Below, one piece after another: positions 1-11,231 of a DNA stretch of 64,000 nt. The notes under the pieces were generated by a model. The model saw only the letters and a list, made by a program, of their open reading frames with translations. It did not search any database and was not told the DNA's origin. The stretch is from Candidatus Multivoradales bacterium (GTDB lineage: Bacteria; Acidobacteriota; Thermoanaerobaculia; Multivoradales; JAHEKO01): contig CBDCVR010000014.1 in assembly GCA_965223155.1 (NCBI GenBank), positions 96,001 to 160,000 on the forward strand, in the 5' to 3' direction. The position numbers and the translations under genes are program-made. Every line of letters starts with the position of its first letter. The stretch's first letter is position 1.

Positions 1-487
1 CGTACTTGCTGGCGTTGTAGGGCCCCACCACCGGCGAAGCCGAACGCCCCCAGCCGGAGCTGAAGTTGACGATGACCCCGGTGCCTCGTTCCACCATGGC
101 CGGCACGAAGGCCCGGCAGACGGAAAAGACGGCGTTCAAGTTGACCGCGACGACACGCTCGAATTCTTCGACCTCGATCTCCCACAGGGGCGCAGGCTGG
201 TTGATAACTCCGGCGTTGTTGATCAGGTAGTCCGGCGCCCCGTACTCGTCCAGAACCCAAGCCGCCCAGGCGGCGATCGCCTGCCGGTCGGTGACGTCGA
301 CCTGGCCGGTCTCGAGAGCGGCGCCGTGGACGGTTCCGAGCTCGCCCCGGAGCGACTCCAGGCCGCCGCTCGAGCGGCCGCAGCCGTTGACGGTATAGCC
401 TCGGTTGGCGAATTCCAGAGCCAGGGCCCGGCCCAGCCCCCTGGTGATCCCGGTAATGACGACGTGCTTACCAGCTTCCGGATGCAC
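1..487 (-). CDS. Short-chain dehydrogenase/reductase (SDR), 3' end truncated by window edge
   Basis: Manual translation from GTG 487 gives MHPEAGKHVVITGITRGLGRALALEF (TGxxxGxG) ... IVNFSSGWGRSASPVVGPYNASKY (YxxxK). It is absent from the ORF track because there is no stop in the window. Confidence 0.85.
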   Translation of the reverse strand, partial: MHPEAGKHVVITGITRGLGRALALEFANRGYTVNGCGRSSGGLESLRGELGTVHGAALETGQVDVTDRQAIAAWAAWVLDEYGAPDYLINNAGVINQPAPLWEIEVEEFERVVAVNLNAVFSVCRAFVPAMVERGTGVIVNFSSGWGRSASPVVGPYNASKY

Positions 488-1388
488 CGCCCCCTCCGAA
501 ACTGCCGCCGCCACCCGAGAATCCGCCCCCGCCTCCACCACTCCAGCCACCACCCCCGCCCGAGGTCCAGTTGGTCCAGCCCGGATGCGAGCTGACCCAG
601 CGCTTGCCGGCACCGGTACTGCTCAGGATGAGCTTCAGGATCGGAAATCCCACCACCCAAGCGGCCAGCGAGACCAAGCCGACCTTGGGCGACAGGAACG
701 CGGCCGGAAAGGCGCCCCAAAACGGCATCAGGAAGACGTACAGAAACCAGCTCTGGCAACCCGGGCTGAAGAGGGCAACGAGCGAGAACATCCCGACCAC
801 CAGCAGGAACAGGCCGCCGGCGGCCAGCCGTCCGCCCAGATCGCCCAATCCCGGGGCAAAGTCGTGGGCCGGCGCCGACGCCGGGATGACGTCGCCGCCC
901 GCGAGCGTGCCCAGAATGGCGTCGATCCCCTGTTCGATGCCGCCGTCGAAGTCGCCGGCCCGGAAATGCGGGGTCAAGATGTTGCGCAGGATCCGGCCGC
1001 TCTGGGCGTCGGTCAGGGCGCCCTCCAGGCCATAGCCCACCTCGATTCGCATCTTGCGGTCGTCCCGGGCGACGAGGAGCAGCACGCCGTCGTCGACACC
1101 GGCGCGGCCCAAGGCCCAGGTCTCGGCCACCCGCAGCGAGAAAGACTCCAGAGCGTCACCCTCCAGCGAGGCTACGGTGAGCACCGCGACCTGGTTGCCG
1201 GTCTCGGCCTCGTGCGCCTCGAGCTTGGCGGTGATCCGCTCCTCGGCGGCCGCCGACAGGATCTCGGCGTAGTCGTTGACCCGTCCCGCCAGAAACGGCA
1301 CCTCGAGGCCGGTCGCGGCGGTGGCGAGCGTCAAGGCCGCCAGTAGCGCGAACAATGCGGCCCCGGACCGCAGGCAGGGCCTAGTCAT
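468..1388 (-). CDS. TPM-domain (YgcG/DUF477-like) membrane protein with Gly-rich C-terminal tail
   Basis: Signal peptide, RVNDYAEIL...QVAVLTV...RIEVGYGLEG motif, TM helices and a GGGSFGGGGASGSW tail. Start at ATG 1388 overlaps the upstream gene's stop. Confidence 0.85.
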   Translation of the reverse strand: MTRPCLRSGAALFALLAALTLATAATGLEVPFLAGRVNDYAEILSAAAEERITAKLEAHEAETGNQVAVLTVASLEGDALESFSLRVAETWALGRAGVDDGVLLLVARDDRKMRIEVGYGLEGALTDAQSGRILRNILTPHFRAGDFDGGIEQGIDAILGTLAGGDVIPASAPAHDFAPGLGDLGGRLAAGGLFLLVVGMFSLVALFSPGCQSWFLYVFLMPFWGAFPAAFLSPKVGLVSLAAWVVGFPILKLILSSTGAGKRWVSSHPGWTNWTSGGGGGWSGGGGGGFSGGGGSFGGGGASGSW

Positions 1389-2040
1389 CGCGGACCCGCA
1401 GATCGTCACTCAGCTCGTCGGTGTCGTCCGGCCGGATGTCGACGCCATGCGTCTCCAGGAGCTCGCCGCAAGCAGTGACCGCCTCGACCAGCGCCGCCGC
1501 GGGCTCACCGCGCCGGATGCCCGCCACCAGCCCGGCGACGATGGCTTCCCACTCGCCGGGATCCACGGCCCGGTTGATGCCTTCGTCGCCGAGCACCACG
1601 ACCTGATGCTCGAAGAGCGACAGGAAGACCAGGATCCCGGTCCGGTCTCGGGTCTTGAACACCTCCTCCTCCAGAAACGCGACCGCCGCCCGGCGACGGG
1701 TCCGCCGCTTGAGTGTTCTGGCGCCCACCAGCCAGCGCCGGAGCACCGGTACCAGGGTCACCGCCGCCCAGCCCAGCGCGGCTCCGGAAAACACCGGCAG
1801 GGCGATTGCGACCAGGGGCGAGGGCGGCCACCAATCCGTGTAGAGGCCAAAGGCCGCGGCAAGGAGGGAGCCTAGAAGCGCTCCGAGCAGGGCCGACTGA
1901 TAGGTCGCCTCGACGTAGGCGTCGCTCTCAGCCACGACGTAGGGCACGATCTCGCCCGAGGTGCGGCGCTCGGCGCGGTCCACCGCCGTGCGCACCGCGG
2001 CCTCGGCCTCGGGGCTGAAGAGCTCGTCCAGTCTCGGCAT
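1381..2040 (-). CDS. TPM-domain (DUF477-like) membrane protein, partner of the downstream TPM gene
   Basis: AERRTSGEIVP...TRDRTGILVFLSLFEHQVVVLGDEGIN...DELSD motifs and two TM segments. Start uncertain (2040-2076). Confidence 0.8.
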   Translation of the reverse strand: MPRLDELFSPEAEAAVRTAVDRAERRTSGEIVPYVVAESDAYVEATYQSALLGALLGSLLAAAFGLYTDWWPPSPLVAIALPVFSGAALGWAAVTLVPVLRRWLVGARTLKRRTRRRAAVAFLEEEVFKTRDRTGILVFLSLFEHQVVVLGDEGINRAVDPGEWEAIVAGLVAGIRRGEPAAALVEAVTACGELLETHGVDIRPDDTDELSDDLRVRDD

Positions 2041-2154
2041 CGGTAGGCGCATTCTAGCGGCAGGATCGCTCTGCACGAGCGCCCCCGCTAGCAGCCAGAC
2101 CGCGGCTCTCCCAGCGTGATAGAACAGCGCGAGCTCATCGAAAGGAGATCCGCG

Positions 2155-3847
<1,693 letters not shown>

Positions 3848-3925
3848 CTACGCGGAGGCGGCGGAAGCGGCGGAGGCGGCGATCCCGAGCGGCGCCAATC
3901 CGGCCCGCTCAGGCCGGCGCCGGAC

Positions 3926-4666
3926 CTACTGGAGCGAGAAGCGGACGGTGATGGTCACCAGGACCTTGACCGGCTGGCCCGAGCGCAGGGCCGGCCGGAA
4001 CTTCCAGCCCATCGCCGTCTCGACCGCCGACTCGGCCAGGCCGTGCGGCAAGCCCTTGAGCACCCGGGCTCCGGTCACGTCGCCCCGCTCGTCGACCACG
4101 ACCTCGAGAATCACGACCCCCTCGATGCGCGCCAGCCTCCCGGCCTCGGTGTACCTCGGGGTCGGATAGTGAATCTTGACCGGCGGCGCGATGTCCCCGG
4201 AAAGCCGTACCGCCCCGGTCGCGTCGAAACCGGGCCCCGGCGGTCCGTCGGGAATGCCGTAGAAGGCGGCTTCGTCGCTTGCCGGCACCAGGGTCGGGAC
4301 CGTGACCTCCTCGAGCACGATGGGCTCGGGATCGTCAGGTGTCGGATCGGGAATCGGGATCCGGCGGGTCCGCGGCTTCGGAATCTCCTGACGCGCGGCC
4401 GCGGGCGGCGGCGGCTGGAAGCGCACCGGCTTGACCACGAAGACCTCCTGCGGGCTGCCCACCCGGTACACCTTCGCCTTCGACGCCGGCAAGGTCACCA
4501 GAAAGAGGGCGACGTGCGCCACCACAGCGAGCACCACCGCCCGCCGCAGCACCCGCCGCTCTTCCGGACGATCTTCCTCCAAGTAGGGCACGTGCCCCAG
4601 GTGGACGCCCAGGACCCGACTCGTTTCGGTCCCGCTCAATCGTTGCCAGCTGTCGCTATCGAACAT
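3926..4666 (-). CDS. TonB family energy transducer (TM anchor, Pro-rich linker, TonB C-terminal domain)
   Basis: PRYTEAGRLARIEGVVILEVVVDERGDV...WKFRPA...V.FSL TonB_C pattern. Confidence 0.85.
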   Translation of the reverse strand: MFDSDSWQRLSGTETSRVLGVHLGHVPYLEEDRPEERRVLRRAVVLAVVAHVALFLVTLPASKAKVYRVGSPQEVFVVKPVRFQPPPPAAARQEIPKPRTRRIPIPDPTPDDPEPIVLEEVTVPTLVPASDEAAFYGIPDGPPGPGFDATGAVRLSGDIAPPVKIHYPTPRYTEAGRLARIEGVVILEVVVDERGDVTGARVLKGLPHGLAESAVETAMGWKFRPALRSGQPVKVLVTITVRFSLQ

Positions 4667-4930
4667 GGTTCCGGATGCCTTCGGAGAGGAGCCTTGCCCT
4701 CGCGGCGAGTCCCGTCTCCTCTCTACTAGTGCCTACGAGATCCCGGTACGCCGGGTTCAGCAAGCCAGTCCCACCTCCATCGACCCGGATTCGTGCCCGC
4801 CGGAGCCGGTCGGAGCCAGCCGGAGCCTGAAGATCTCATCGGAGGCAGGTTCGAAACGGGACTCGCCAACCGAAACAGCCGCTCCCGCGCCGGTTCCGGA
4901 CGGGCTTCGGCCTCGCCAGCCGAAAACCAT

Positions 4931-4972
4931 GCAAGGCGCGGGCCCGGAGACCCGACCGTCTTGGCGCCTTGC
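4931..4972 (-). terminator. Possible intrinsic terminator hairpin after purE
   Basis: Inverted repeat GCAAGGCGC (4931-4939) / GCGCCTTGC (4964-4972), followed on the minus strand by ATGGTTTTC. The U-tract is weak. Confidence 0.4.
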
Positions 4973-4983
4973 TCCGGCCCCTT

Positions 4984-5481
4984 TTAGGGACTCTCGCGCG
5001 GATCGCCTTCGGCCAGTACGGCTTCCGCCCGCGCCGAGCGGTTGGCCCGAACCGCCTCGGCCGCCTCCGCCCGCGCCAGACCGACGATCTGAGCGGCCAG
5101 GATGGCGGCGTTGACCGCTCCCGCCTTGCCTATGGCGAGGGTTCCGACCGGGATCCCGGCCGGCATCTGCACGGTCGAGAGCAGTGAATCGAGTCCGTCC
5201 AGCTTCGAGTCCATGGGCACGCCCAAGACCGGCTTGGTGGTATGCCCGGCCACTACGCCGGCCAAATGAGCTGCGCCGCCGGCGGCGGCAATGAAAACCT
5301 GCACGCCGGCCGCCTCGGCCTCGTCCAGGAACCGGCCCAGGGCCGCCGGCGTCCGGTGCGCCGAGAGAATCCGAACTTCGTGCCCGACGCCCAGCTCGTC
5401 GAGCGTCCTCGAGGCATGCTCCATGACTCCCCAATCCGACCGAGATCCCATCACCACCGCTACCAAAGGCCCATCCGTCAC
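4984..5481 (-). CDS. purE: N5-carboxyaminoimidazole ribonucleotide mutase
   Basis: [23 protein letters not shown] and [14 protein letters not shown] motifs. GTG start at 5481 overlaps the lpxD stop (GTGA). Confidence 0.95.
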   Translation of the reverse strand: MTDGPLVAVVMGSRSDWGVMEHASRTLDELGVGHEVRILSAHRTPAALGRFLDEAEAAGVQVFIAAAGGAAHLAGVVAGHTTKPVLGVPMDSKLDGLDSLLSTVQMPAGIPVGTLAIGKAGAVNAAILAAQIVGLARAEAAEAVRANRSARAEAVLAEGDPRESP

Positions 5482-6524
5482 GCTTCGTCCTCCTCGTCCA
5501 GTCGTTGTTTGAGCCGGCGGATCTCGCGTTGCATCTTCGCCAGCTTTCCCAGAAGTACTTGAATCCTCATCTCCTCGACCTTGGGCCGGGCCGGGTTGCC
5601 CCAGACCACCTGCCCCGGCTCGACGTCCTTGAAGGTCACCGCGCAAGCGCCCACTTGAGCGCCCGCCCCGATCCGCACGTTATCCGCGCTGCCCGAGCGA
5701 CCGGCGAAGACGACCCCGTCGCCGATCTCCACCGAGCCCGAGATCGCGGTCAGGGGCAGGAGCAGGACGTGCTCCCCGATCCGGCAGTTGTGACCCACGT
5801 GGACCAAATCGCCGATCTTGGTCCCCGCGCCGATCACGGTGGCGTCGAGCGTGGCCCGATCCACGGTCGCCAGCGCGCCAACCTCGACGTCCTCTCCGAC
5901 GACCACGGTCCCCACCTGCGGAACCCGGGTGTGGCCGCTCTCGTCCGAGACGAAGCTGTACCCGTCCGAGCCCAGGACCGCACCGGCATGGACGGTCACC
6001 CGCTCGCCCAGAACCACGTCCTCGCGCAAGACCGCGTTCGGGTGGAGCACGCAATCTTCGCCGACGACGCACCGGCGGCCCACGAAGGCGCCGCCATGAA
6101 TCACTGTGCGGTCCCCGATCACGGCCTGCTCGCGCACCACCGCACCCGCGCCCACGACCACGTCGTCGCCGAGCCGGGCCGAATCCGCGACCTGGGCACT
6201 GGGATGAACGCCCGGCACCTCGGCGCGCTGCCGGACCACGATCCACTCCAGCAGCCGGCCCAGGGCCAGACGCGGCTCGGTCACGGCCAGGAGGGGGGCC
6301 CGGCCGCGCAGGCGATCCACGAGATCGCGCGGCGCGATGAGCGCCCCGGCCTCGGAGCTGAGAGCGGCCTCCAGATGCGCGGCGCCCCGAACGTAGGAAA
6401 GATCCGAGGGGCCCGCGAGCGCCAGGCGGGTGACCAACCGGCAGCGAAACTCGCCGTCGCCCACGACCTCGCCGTCGCCCACGAGAGACGCGACCTCCGC
6501 CAGCGTCAGCCCCAGCTTAGCCAA
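5478..6524 (-). CDS. lpxD: UDP-3-O-acyl-glucosamine N-acyltransferase, copy 2
   Basis: LpxD N-terminal domain, hexapeptide repeats, [25 protein letters not shown] and HVGHNC motifs, helical C-terminus. Confidence 0.9.
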   Translation of the reverse strand: MAKLGLTLAEVASLVGDGEVVGDGEFRCRLVTRLALAGPSDLSYVRGAAHLEAALSSEAGALIAPRDLVDRLRGRAPLLAVTEPRLALGRLLEWIVVRQRAEVPGVHPSAQVADSARLGDDVVVGAGAVVREQAVIGDRTVIHGGAFVGRRCVVGEDCVLHPNAVLREDVVLGERVTVHAGAVLGSDGYSFVSDESGHTRVPQVGTVVVGEDVEVGALATVDRATLDATVIGAGTKIGDLVHVGHNCRIGEHVLLLPLTAISGSVEIGDGVVFAGRSGSADNVRIGAGAQVGACAVTFKDVEPGQVVWGNPARPKVEEMRIQVLLGKLAKMQREIRRLKQRLDEEDEA

Positions 6525-6527
6525 CGG

Positions 6528-7583
6528 TCATTTCTCCTGCGGCCCGCCGCCACCCGCCGCTCCCGATCGCGACTTCTTGAGCCGCCGCACGTCGCGCACG
6601 AGTTGCGGCAGCTTGGCAAGCGCCGTTTGAATCCGCATCTCCTGAAGCTTGGGCCGCGCCGGACGTCCCCAAACCTCAGCGTCGTCCTCGAGGTCGTCAA
6701 AGATGGTCGAACCACCCCCCACCCGGACGCGCTTGCCAAGCTTGCGGTTGTCGGCGCTGCTCGAGCGCGCCGCGATCAGGCTCTCCTCGCCTACCTCCAC
6801 CGAGCCAGCGAGCGCCACCAGGGGCAAGAGCAGCACGTTGGGCCCGACCTTGCCGTTGTGGCCGACGTGGACCATGTCGCCCAGCTTGCTCCCCTCGGCG
6901 ATGACGGTCTTGCCGAAGGTCGCGCCATCGATGGTCGAGAGAGCGCCAATCTCGACCTCGTCGCCGATCTCGACGCCGCCCACCTGGGGGATCTTGAAAG
7001 GCCGGCCCGGGCGCGGCAGGAAACCGTAGCCCTCCGAGCCCAGCACCGAACCGGAGCGGATGATCACCCGATCGCCCAGGCTCACGTCCTCGCGCAGGAC
7101 CACGTTGGGATGGAGGACGCAGTCCGAGCCGATCCTGCAGCGGGGTCCCACGAAGACGTTGGCGTGAACCGCCGTGCGGTCGCCGACGCGAACCCCGGCC
7201 TCGATCACCGCCCCCGGGCCGACCTCCACGTCGGCGCCCAGGACCGCGGCCTCGTCGACCACCGCGCGCGGGTGGACGCCCGGCCGCAGGGGCCGCTTCT
7301 CAGCCGCGAGCCGCCCCAGGAGCCGGGTCAGCGCCTCAAAGGGCCGGTCCAGGATGAGTTGATGGGCCTGGGACTCGGCCAGCCGCTCGGGCACCAGCAA
7401 AGCGCCGGCCTGTGAGCGCAGGGCCTGGGGCACGTTACGCCGCTCCTTGACGAAGGAAAGGTCTTCGGGACCTGCGTCCTCGAGCCCTCGGAGCTCGCGA
7501 CAGACAAACTCCGGATCGCCGGCGACCTCGCCCTGATCCAGGATCTGCCGCAGCTCGCCCAGGGTAATTGCCAGCCGCGCCAT
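6528..7583 (-). CDS. lpxD: UDP-3-O-acyl-glucosamine N-acyltransferase, copy 1
   Basis: LEDAGPEDLSF, hexapeptide repeats, GSEGYGF, KIPQVGGVEIG and HVGHNG motifs. Confidence 0.9.
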   Translation of the reverse strand: MARLAITLGELRQILDQGEVAGDPEFVCRELRGLEDAGPEDLSFVKERRNVPQALRSQAGALLVPERLAESQAHQLILDRPFEALTRLLGRLAAEKRPLRPGVHPRAVVDEAAVLGADVEVGPGAVIEAGVRVGDRTAVHANVFVGPRCRIGSDCVLHPNVVLREDVSLGDRVIIRSGSVLGSEGYGFLPRPGRPFKIPQVGGVEIGDEVEIGALSTIDGATFGKTVIAEGSKLGDMVHVGHNGKVGPNVLLLPLVALAGSVEVGEESLIAARSSSADNRKLGKRVRVGGGSTIFDDLEDDAEVWGRPARPKLQEMRIQTALAKLPQLVRDVRRLKKSRSGAAGGGGPQEK

Positions 7584-7638
7584 CAGCCGATCCTATCCAT
7601 CTTTGCCCACGCTCGCAGGCGAGCCGCCCGCGGCCCCG

Positions 7639-8049
7639 CTACAAGTCGAACAGAGCGTCGAAGGCTGCGCGAGCGTCCTCTGGACGATCGGAGTCTCCGA
7701 CCTCTTGCACGACCTTGACCTCGAAGCGGTCGCACTCGTTGTCGGCGGCCTTGCCGGCGATGCGCTCGGGCACCGGCAAGCGGCATTCGAAGCGGGCGGA
7801 GGGATCGAAGTGCCGGCAATTCGTGCAGGTGTGAAGGTGCGCGCCGCAGGCTCCGCAGACGGCGCCCGGAGCCGGCGCGGCCGTGACGCGCGCGCCACAG
7901 CGGGCGCACTTGGACCGTTCTCCGACCGGTTTTCCCAAACCGCGGCCCCGGGGGCCCGCCTCCCGCCGGCCGGCGGCCGGACGCTCGGCCTTCTCCCGTC
8001 GCGGAGTGTCGTCCTGATAGCCGCGCTGGCGGTACTTCCGATCACTCAT
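7639..8049 (-). CDS. Small Cys-rich (double zinc-ribbon-like) hypothetical protein
   Basis: CARC, CGAC, CTNC plus further Cys residues, and an ARAAFDALFDL tail. Start assigned to ATG 8049 (MSDRKY). Confidence 0.65.
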   Translation of the reverse strand: MSDRKYRQRGYQDDTPRREKAERPAAGRREAGPRGRGLGKPVGERSKCARCGARVTAAPAPGAVCGACGAHLHTCTNCRHFDPSARFECRLPVPERIAGKAADNECDRFEVKVVQEVGDSDRPEDARAAFDALFDL

Positions 8050-8168
8050 GCGACCGTACCCATAGCAACATGCAAATGCATCGTAATCTGTTTCCACGAC
8101 GCGGCGCTGGGGATATGCTACTCGGGCTCGCTTCTAAACCAGGCTCCGCAGTCCGTCCGAGCTGCATC

Positions 8169-8843
8169 ATGACCCAAGAACGCAGGAGACACAAAAGGCA
8201 CGCCGTCGAGAGCGTCACCGGCACCTTCCAGTTCTCGACCGAGGCGCGAGTCCTCAACATGAGCCTCGACGGCATGTCGCTCGAAGCTTCCAGCCCACTC
8301 AAGATCGGCCGCGTCTATCGACTCCGCCTGGAACAGAACAACCGATCGCTGCCGCTCGAAGGTACGGTCGTCTGGTGCACCTTGATTCGCACCCGCCGCG
8401 ACGATCGGGGAGAGGTCCAGCCGGTGTACCGCGCGGGCATCCATCTCAACGACGTCTTGAGCGGCCGCGCCCAGAAGCTGCGCGACTTCATTCACCAGAA
8501 CGCGATCGTCAGCCTCGAGAACCGCATGTTCGGACGCTTCCGGCTGGAGGACGAGCGCTCGGCGGACCTGTCCCTGGAAGCCGAGTTCGTCCTGCGCGAG
8601 CTCAGCGCCTCGGGAATGCTGATTGAATCCGACGTGGCTCCCGAAGTCGGCACGGACTGCCACCTCGAGGTGGAGTTGGGCGAGCTGCGCTTCGACGCGA
8701 CCGCGCACGTGACTCGCATGGAGCGCATCAGCCCGACCGAAGCAGAAGGCCTCGAACGGATGCTCCTGGGCATCCAGTTCCATGAGCTCTCCGAGTCCTC
8801 CCGGAAGGCCCTAGACGGCTTCCTGAAGAGCGAGTCGGCCTGA
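8169..8843 (+). CDS. Tandem PilZ-domain protein (c-di-GMP receptor-like)
   Basis: ERRRHKR (RxxxR) plus NMSLDG in domain 1, ELSASG in domain 2, and a GIQF motif. Confidence 0.8.
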   Translation: MTQERRRHKRHAVESVTGTFQFSTEARVLNMSLDGMSLEASSPLKIGRVYRLRLEQNNRSLPLEGTVVWCTLIRTRRDDRGEVQPVYRAGIHLNDVLSGRAQKLRDFIHQNAIVSLENRMFGRFRLEDERSADLSLEAEFVLRELSASGMLIESDVAPEVGTDCHLEVELGELRFDATAHVTRMERISPTEAEGLERMLLGIQFHELSESSRKALDGFLKSESA

Positions 8844-8941
8844 TTCGAGGAAGAACGAGGCCGCGGCCCTGCGGGAGGCTGCCCGCCCTGCTTGCGGCCC
8901 TGCTCTGCACGGGCCTGGCCTGCGCGGACCGGAACGAACCC

Positions 8942-9829
8942 GTGGAGGTGGATCGAGGTGTCCAGGATTCGTCCCAGGCGATCTCGCCTCGAGTCGCGCC
9001 CTCGACAAGCGCCCTGCCGCTGGCGCTGCCGCGCGCCCGGGCCGGGCGCGTCGCCCCGCCAGCAGACGAATATTGGGTCGCTGCCGCCCGGCGGGCCGCG
9101 CCGACGCTGATGGAGGCAGGCTGCGGTCCCTATCGGTGGCTGGGCGTCGAATCCGCGCGGCCACTCCTGACCGACTGCCGGCGCATCGTCGCGCGTGTCG
9201 AATCCGACTACGTGGAGATCTTCCGGCTCGAGCTCACCGGCAGCGCCCGCGGAGCCATCCTGGCATTCCCGACCCGCGCCGCTCTCGGCGACTTCGCGGC
9301 CTCCGTGGGGAGCGGTCCGGGCGCCGGCTACGCCGGATTCACCCGCCCCGCGCGCGGCATCGTCGCCCTCTACGCGGGAGGCGATCGTGCGGCCCTCGCA
9401 GCGACGCTGACCCACGAGCTCGCGCATCTTCTCCACCGGCGCGCCCTGGGACCGGATCTCGGCATCGCCGCGCCATGGCTCTCGGAAGGACTCGCCGACG
9501 CCCTGGCCGACACGGTGCCGGACGCGGCCCATGCCCGCCGCCTGTGGCAGGCCCGAAGCGGAGGCCGTGCCGACTCGGTCGGAACCGTGCTCCGGCGCCG
9601 ACGAAGCGACTTCGACCGGGGCCCGGCCCGCTTCGACTACGAGACCAGCGCACTCCTAGTGCGGTTCTTGCTCATGGACGCGGATTTGGGGCCTCGCTTC
9701 ATTCGGGCACTCCGGGATCTCGCCGGCCGCGTCCCATACCATCCGGACCGCTTCCTCGAGACCCTGGGGGTCGGGGCCGCTGAGCTGGATCGGCGCTTCG
9801 GCCTCTGGCTCGACCGCCAAGCTCAGTAG
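8942..9829 (+). CDS. Putative gluzincin-type zinc metallopeptidase (HExxH)
   Basis: LTHELAH...PWLSEGLA...Y..S.LLVRFL motifs. Start uncertain. Confidence 0.6.
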   Translation: MEVDRGVQDSSQAISPRVAPSTSALPLALPRARAGRVAPPADEYWVAAARRAAPTLMEAGCGPYRWLGVESARPLLTDCRRIVARVESDYVEIFRLELTGSARGAILAFPTRAALGDFAASVGSGPGAGYAGFTRPARGIVALYAGGDRAALAATLTHELAHLLHRRALGPDLGIAAPWLSEGLADALADTVPDAAHARRLWQARSGGRADSVGTVLRRRRSDFDRGPARFDYETSALLVRFLLMDADLGPRFIRALRDLAGRVPYHPDRFLETLGVGAAELDRRFGLWLDRQAQ

Positions 9830-10344
9830 AGGTCCGGGTTCTTGAGCGCGACCAGCGCCAGCACAACCGCCTGCTCGTAGAGCTCGCGCCTATCGACCCC
9901 GCCTCCGGTCAGAAGACCGACAGCGCCCGCCTTCTGCTTCGAGTTGCTCTCGCCGAAGACGGCATCGTCAGCGTCCCCCAGCTCCATCCCGGAGCGAACC
10001 AACCGCGCCACTGCCTCGGGCAAGAAGAAGGTCGCCGAGCGCGAGCGGCCGCGTACGGTCGACGTGAGCACTTCGACCCAGGCAAAGGCGGCCATGCCGG
10101 CTTCGCCGTCCTGAATCCCGCCCTCGATTCCCGCCCAGTGATCGCCTTCGGGGTAGCGCTCGCGCGCCGCCCGTACCCGGCCCGAGGCGCCCCTGCGGGT
10201 CTCGGCGTCGGATCGGGGCTGATCGGGCACCCCGGACGGCACCGACACCGCCTCGAGGTCAGCGATCGGCAATCCCATCCGCTGGTAGGCGGCCCGAACG
10301 GCTTCGACCTTGACCGGATTCCGGGACGCCACCACCACGCGCAT
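9823..10344 (-). CDS. yjjX: Non-canonical purine NTP phosphatase (ITPase/XTPase, YjjX family)
   Basis: VASRNPVK, SGVPDQP, GIEGG, ELGDA and KQKAGAVGLLT motifs. Confidence 0.9.
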   Translation of the reverse strand: MRVVVASRNPVKVEAVRAAYQRMGLPIADLEAVSVPSGVPDQPRSDAETRRGASGRVRAARERYPEGDHWAGIEGGIQDGEAGMAAFAWVEVLTSTVRGRSRSATFFLPEAVARLVRSGMELGDADDAVFGESNSKQKAGAVGLLTGGGVDRRELYEQAVVLALVALKNPDLY

Positions 10345-10440
10345 CACCGAGATTCTAGCCCGCGCTTCGGACCGTCCCGCACCGCGAAGCCGCAAGTGCC
10401 TGAGCCCGCGGCGCTTCGCTCACGCGCGGCGTAGCAGGCC

Positions 10441-10540
10441 GGAAAGAAGAAAAGACCGCCCTTGCCAGTCGGGGAGTGGAGCGAGTGAGCAATCGAGCCG
10501 AGTTACTTGATTTCTCTCTGCGCCCGAGACAAGGGCGGCC
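10441..10540 (-). terminator. Large-loop hairpin plus U-tract downstream of ompA (terminator or candidate 3'-UTR sRNA)
   Basis: CCGCCCTTG (10456-10464) / CAAGGGCGG (10530-10538) stem enclosing about 65 nt, followed on the minus strand by TCTTTTCTTCTTTCC. Confidence 0.55.
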
Positions 10541-10562
10541 TTGAGACCAATGAAACTGTACG

Positions 10563-11183
10563 CTACTTGAGAACTACGAGTGCGACCCTCCGGTTTGCGC
10601 TTCGGCCCTCGCGCTCGGCGTTGTCGGCCTTCGGAGCCGACTCGCCGTACGAGATGACCGACATTCGATGCAGCGCCAGACCGTGCTCGCGGCTGAGATA
10701 GCGCCGAACCTGTTCGGCACGCTCCTCGCCCAGCGCCAGGTTGTACCGCTCGGGGCCCGTCGCGTCGGTGTGCCCCTGGATCTCGATGTAGACGTCTTCG
10801 TTGCGGCTCCTGAGAGCGGCCGCGAACTCGTCGAGAGCGGCACGCGCGGACTCCGACAGCTCGGAGCGGTCGAAGCCGAAGGTCACCTTATCGGCCGAGA
10901 GCACCATCTCGTACAAGAACTTGCCTTCGGCGAGGTGCCCAGCGGCGATTGCCCGTTCGAGAGCGTCATTCGCGGTCGCCGAGACCTCTTCGATCTGCGC
11001 GTCGTGCTCGGCCATCTTGCGCTGGCCGTCCTCGACCTGAGACTGGAGCGTGTCGATCTCTTCGCTCGCCCACGCCTCGGTTTCCTCGATCGAGGCCTGG
11101 ACGTACTTCTTGGTCGCGCAGCCCGTGCTTGCCAGGGCCAGCCCAGCCACGATCACTCCGACGACTCGCGCGGTTCGTTGCAT
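10563..11183 (-). CDS. OmpA/Pal-like peptidoglycan-binding lipoprotein with coiled-coil
   Basis: Lipobox LASTGC, then IQGHTDATG..YNL.LG..RA..V, ISYGE..P and NRRV OmpA_C motifs. Confidence 0.9.
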   Translation of the reverse strand: MQRTARVVGVIVAGLALASTGCATKKYVQASIEETEAWASEEIDTLQSQVEDGQRKMAEHDAQIEEVSATANDALERAIAAGHLAEGKFLYEMVLSADKVTFGFDRSELSESARAALDEFAAALRSRNEDVYIEIQGHTDATGPERYNLALGEERAEQVRRYLSREHGLALHRMSVISYGESAPKADNAEREGRSANRRVALVVLK

Positions 11184-11231
11184 CTTCTTGCTCTCCCCTA
11201 GGTGGTTACCCATTTCCCATTTCCCGCGGCC

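Noticed and set aside
4830-4875. tRNA-like GGTTCGAA motif
   Set aside because: No acceptor, D or anticodon stems could be built around it.
5505-7415. 636-aa plus-strand ORF and other long antisense ORFs (15867..17873, 27060..29372, 33908..35572)
   Set aside because: These are stop-poor shadow frames typical of high-GC DNA, lying opposite well-supported genes and lacking motifs.
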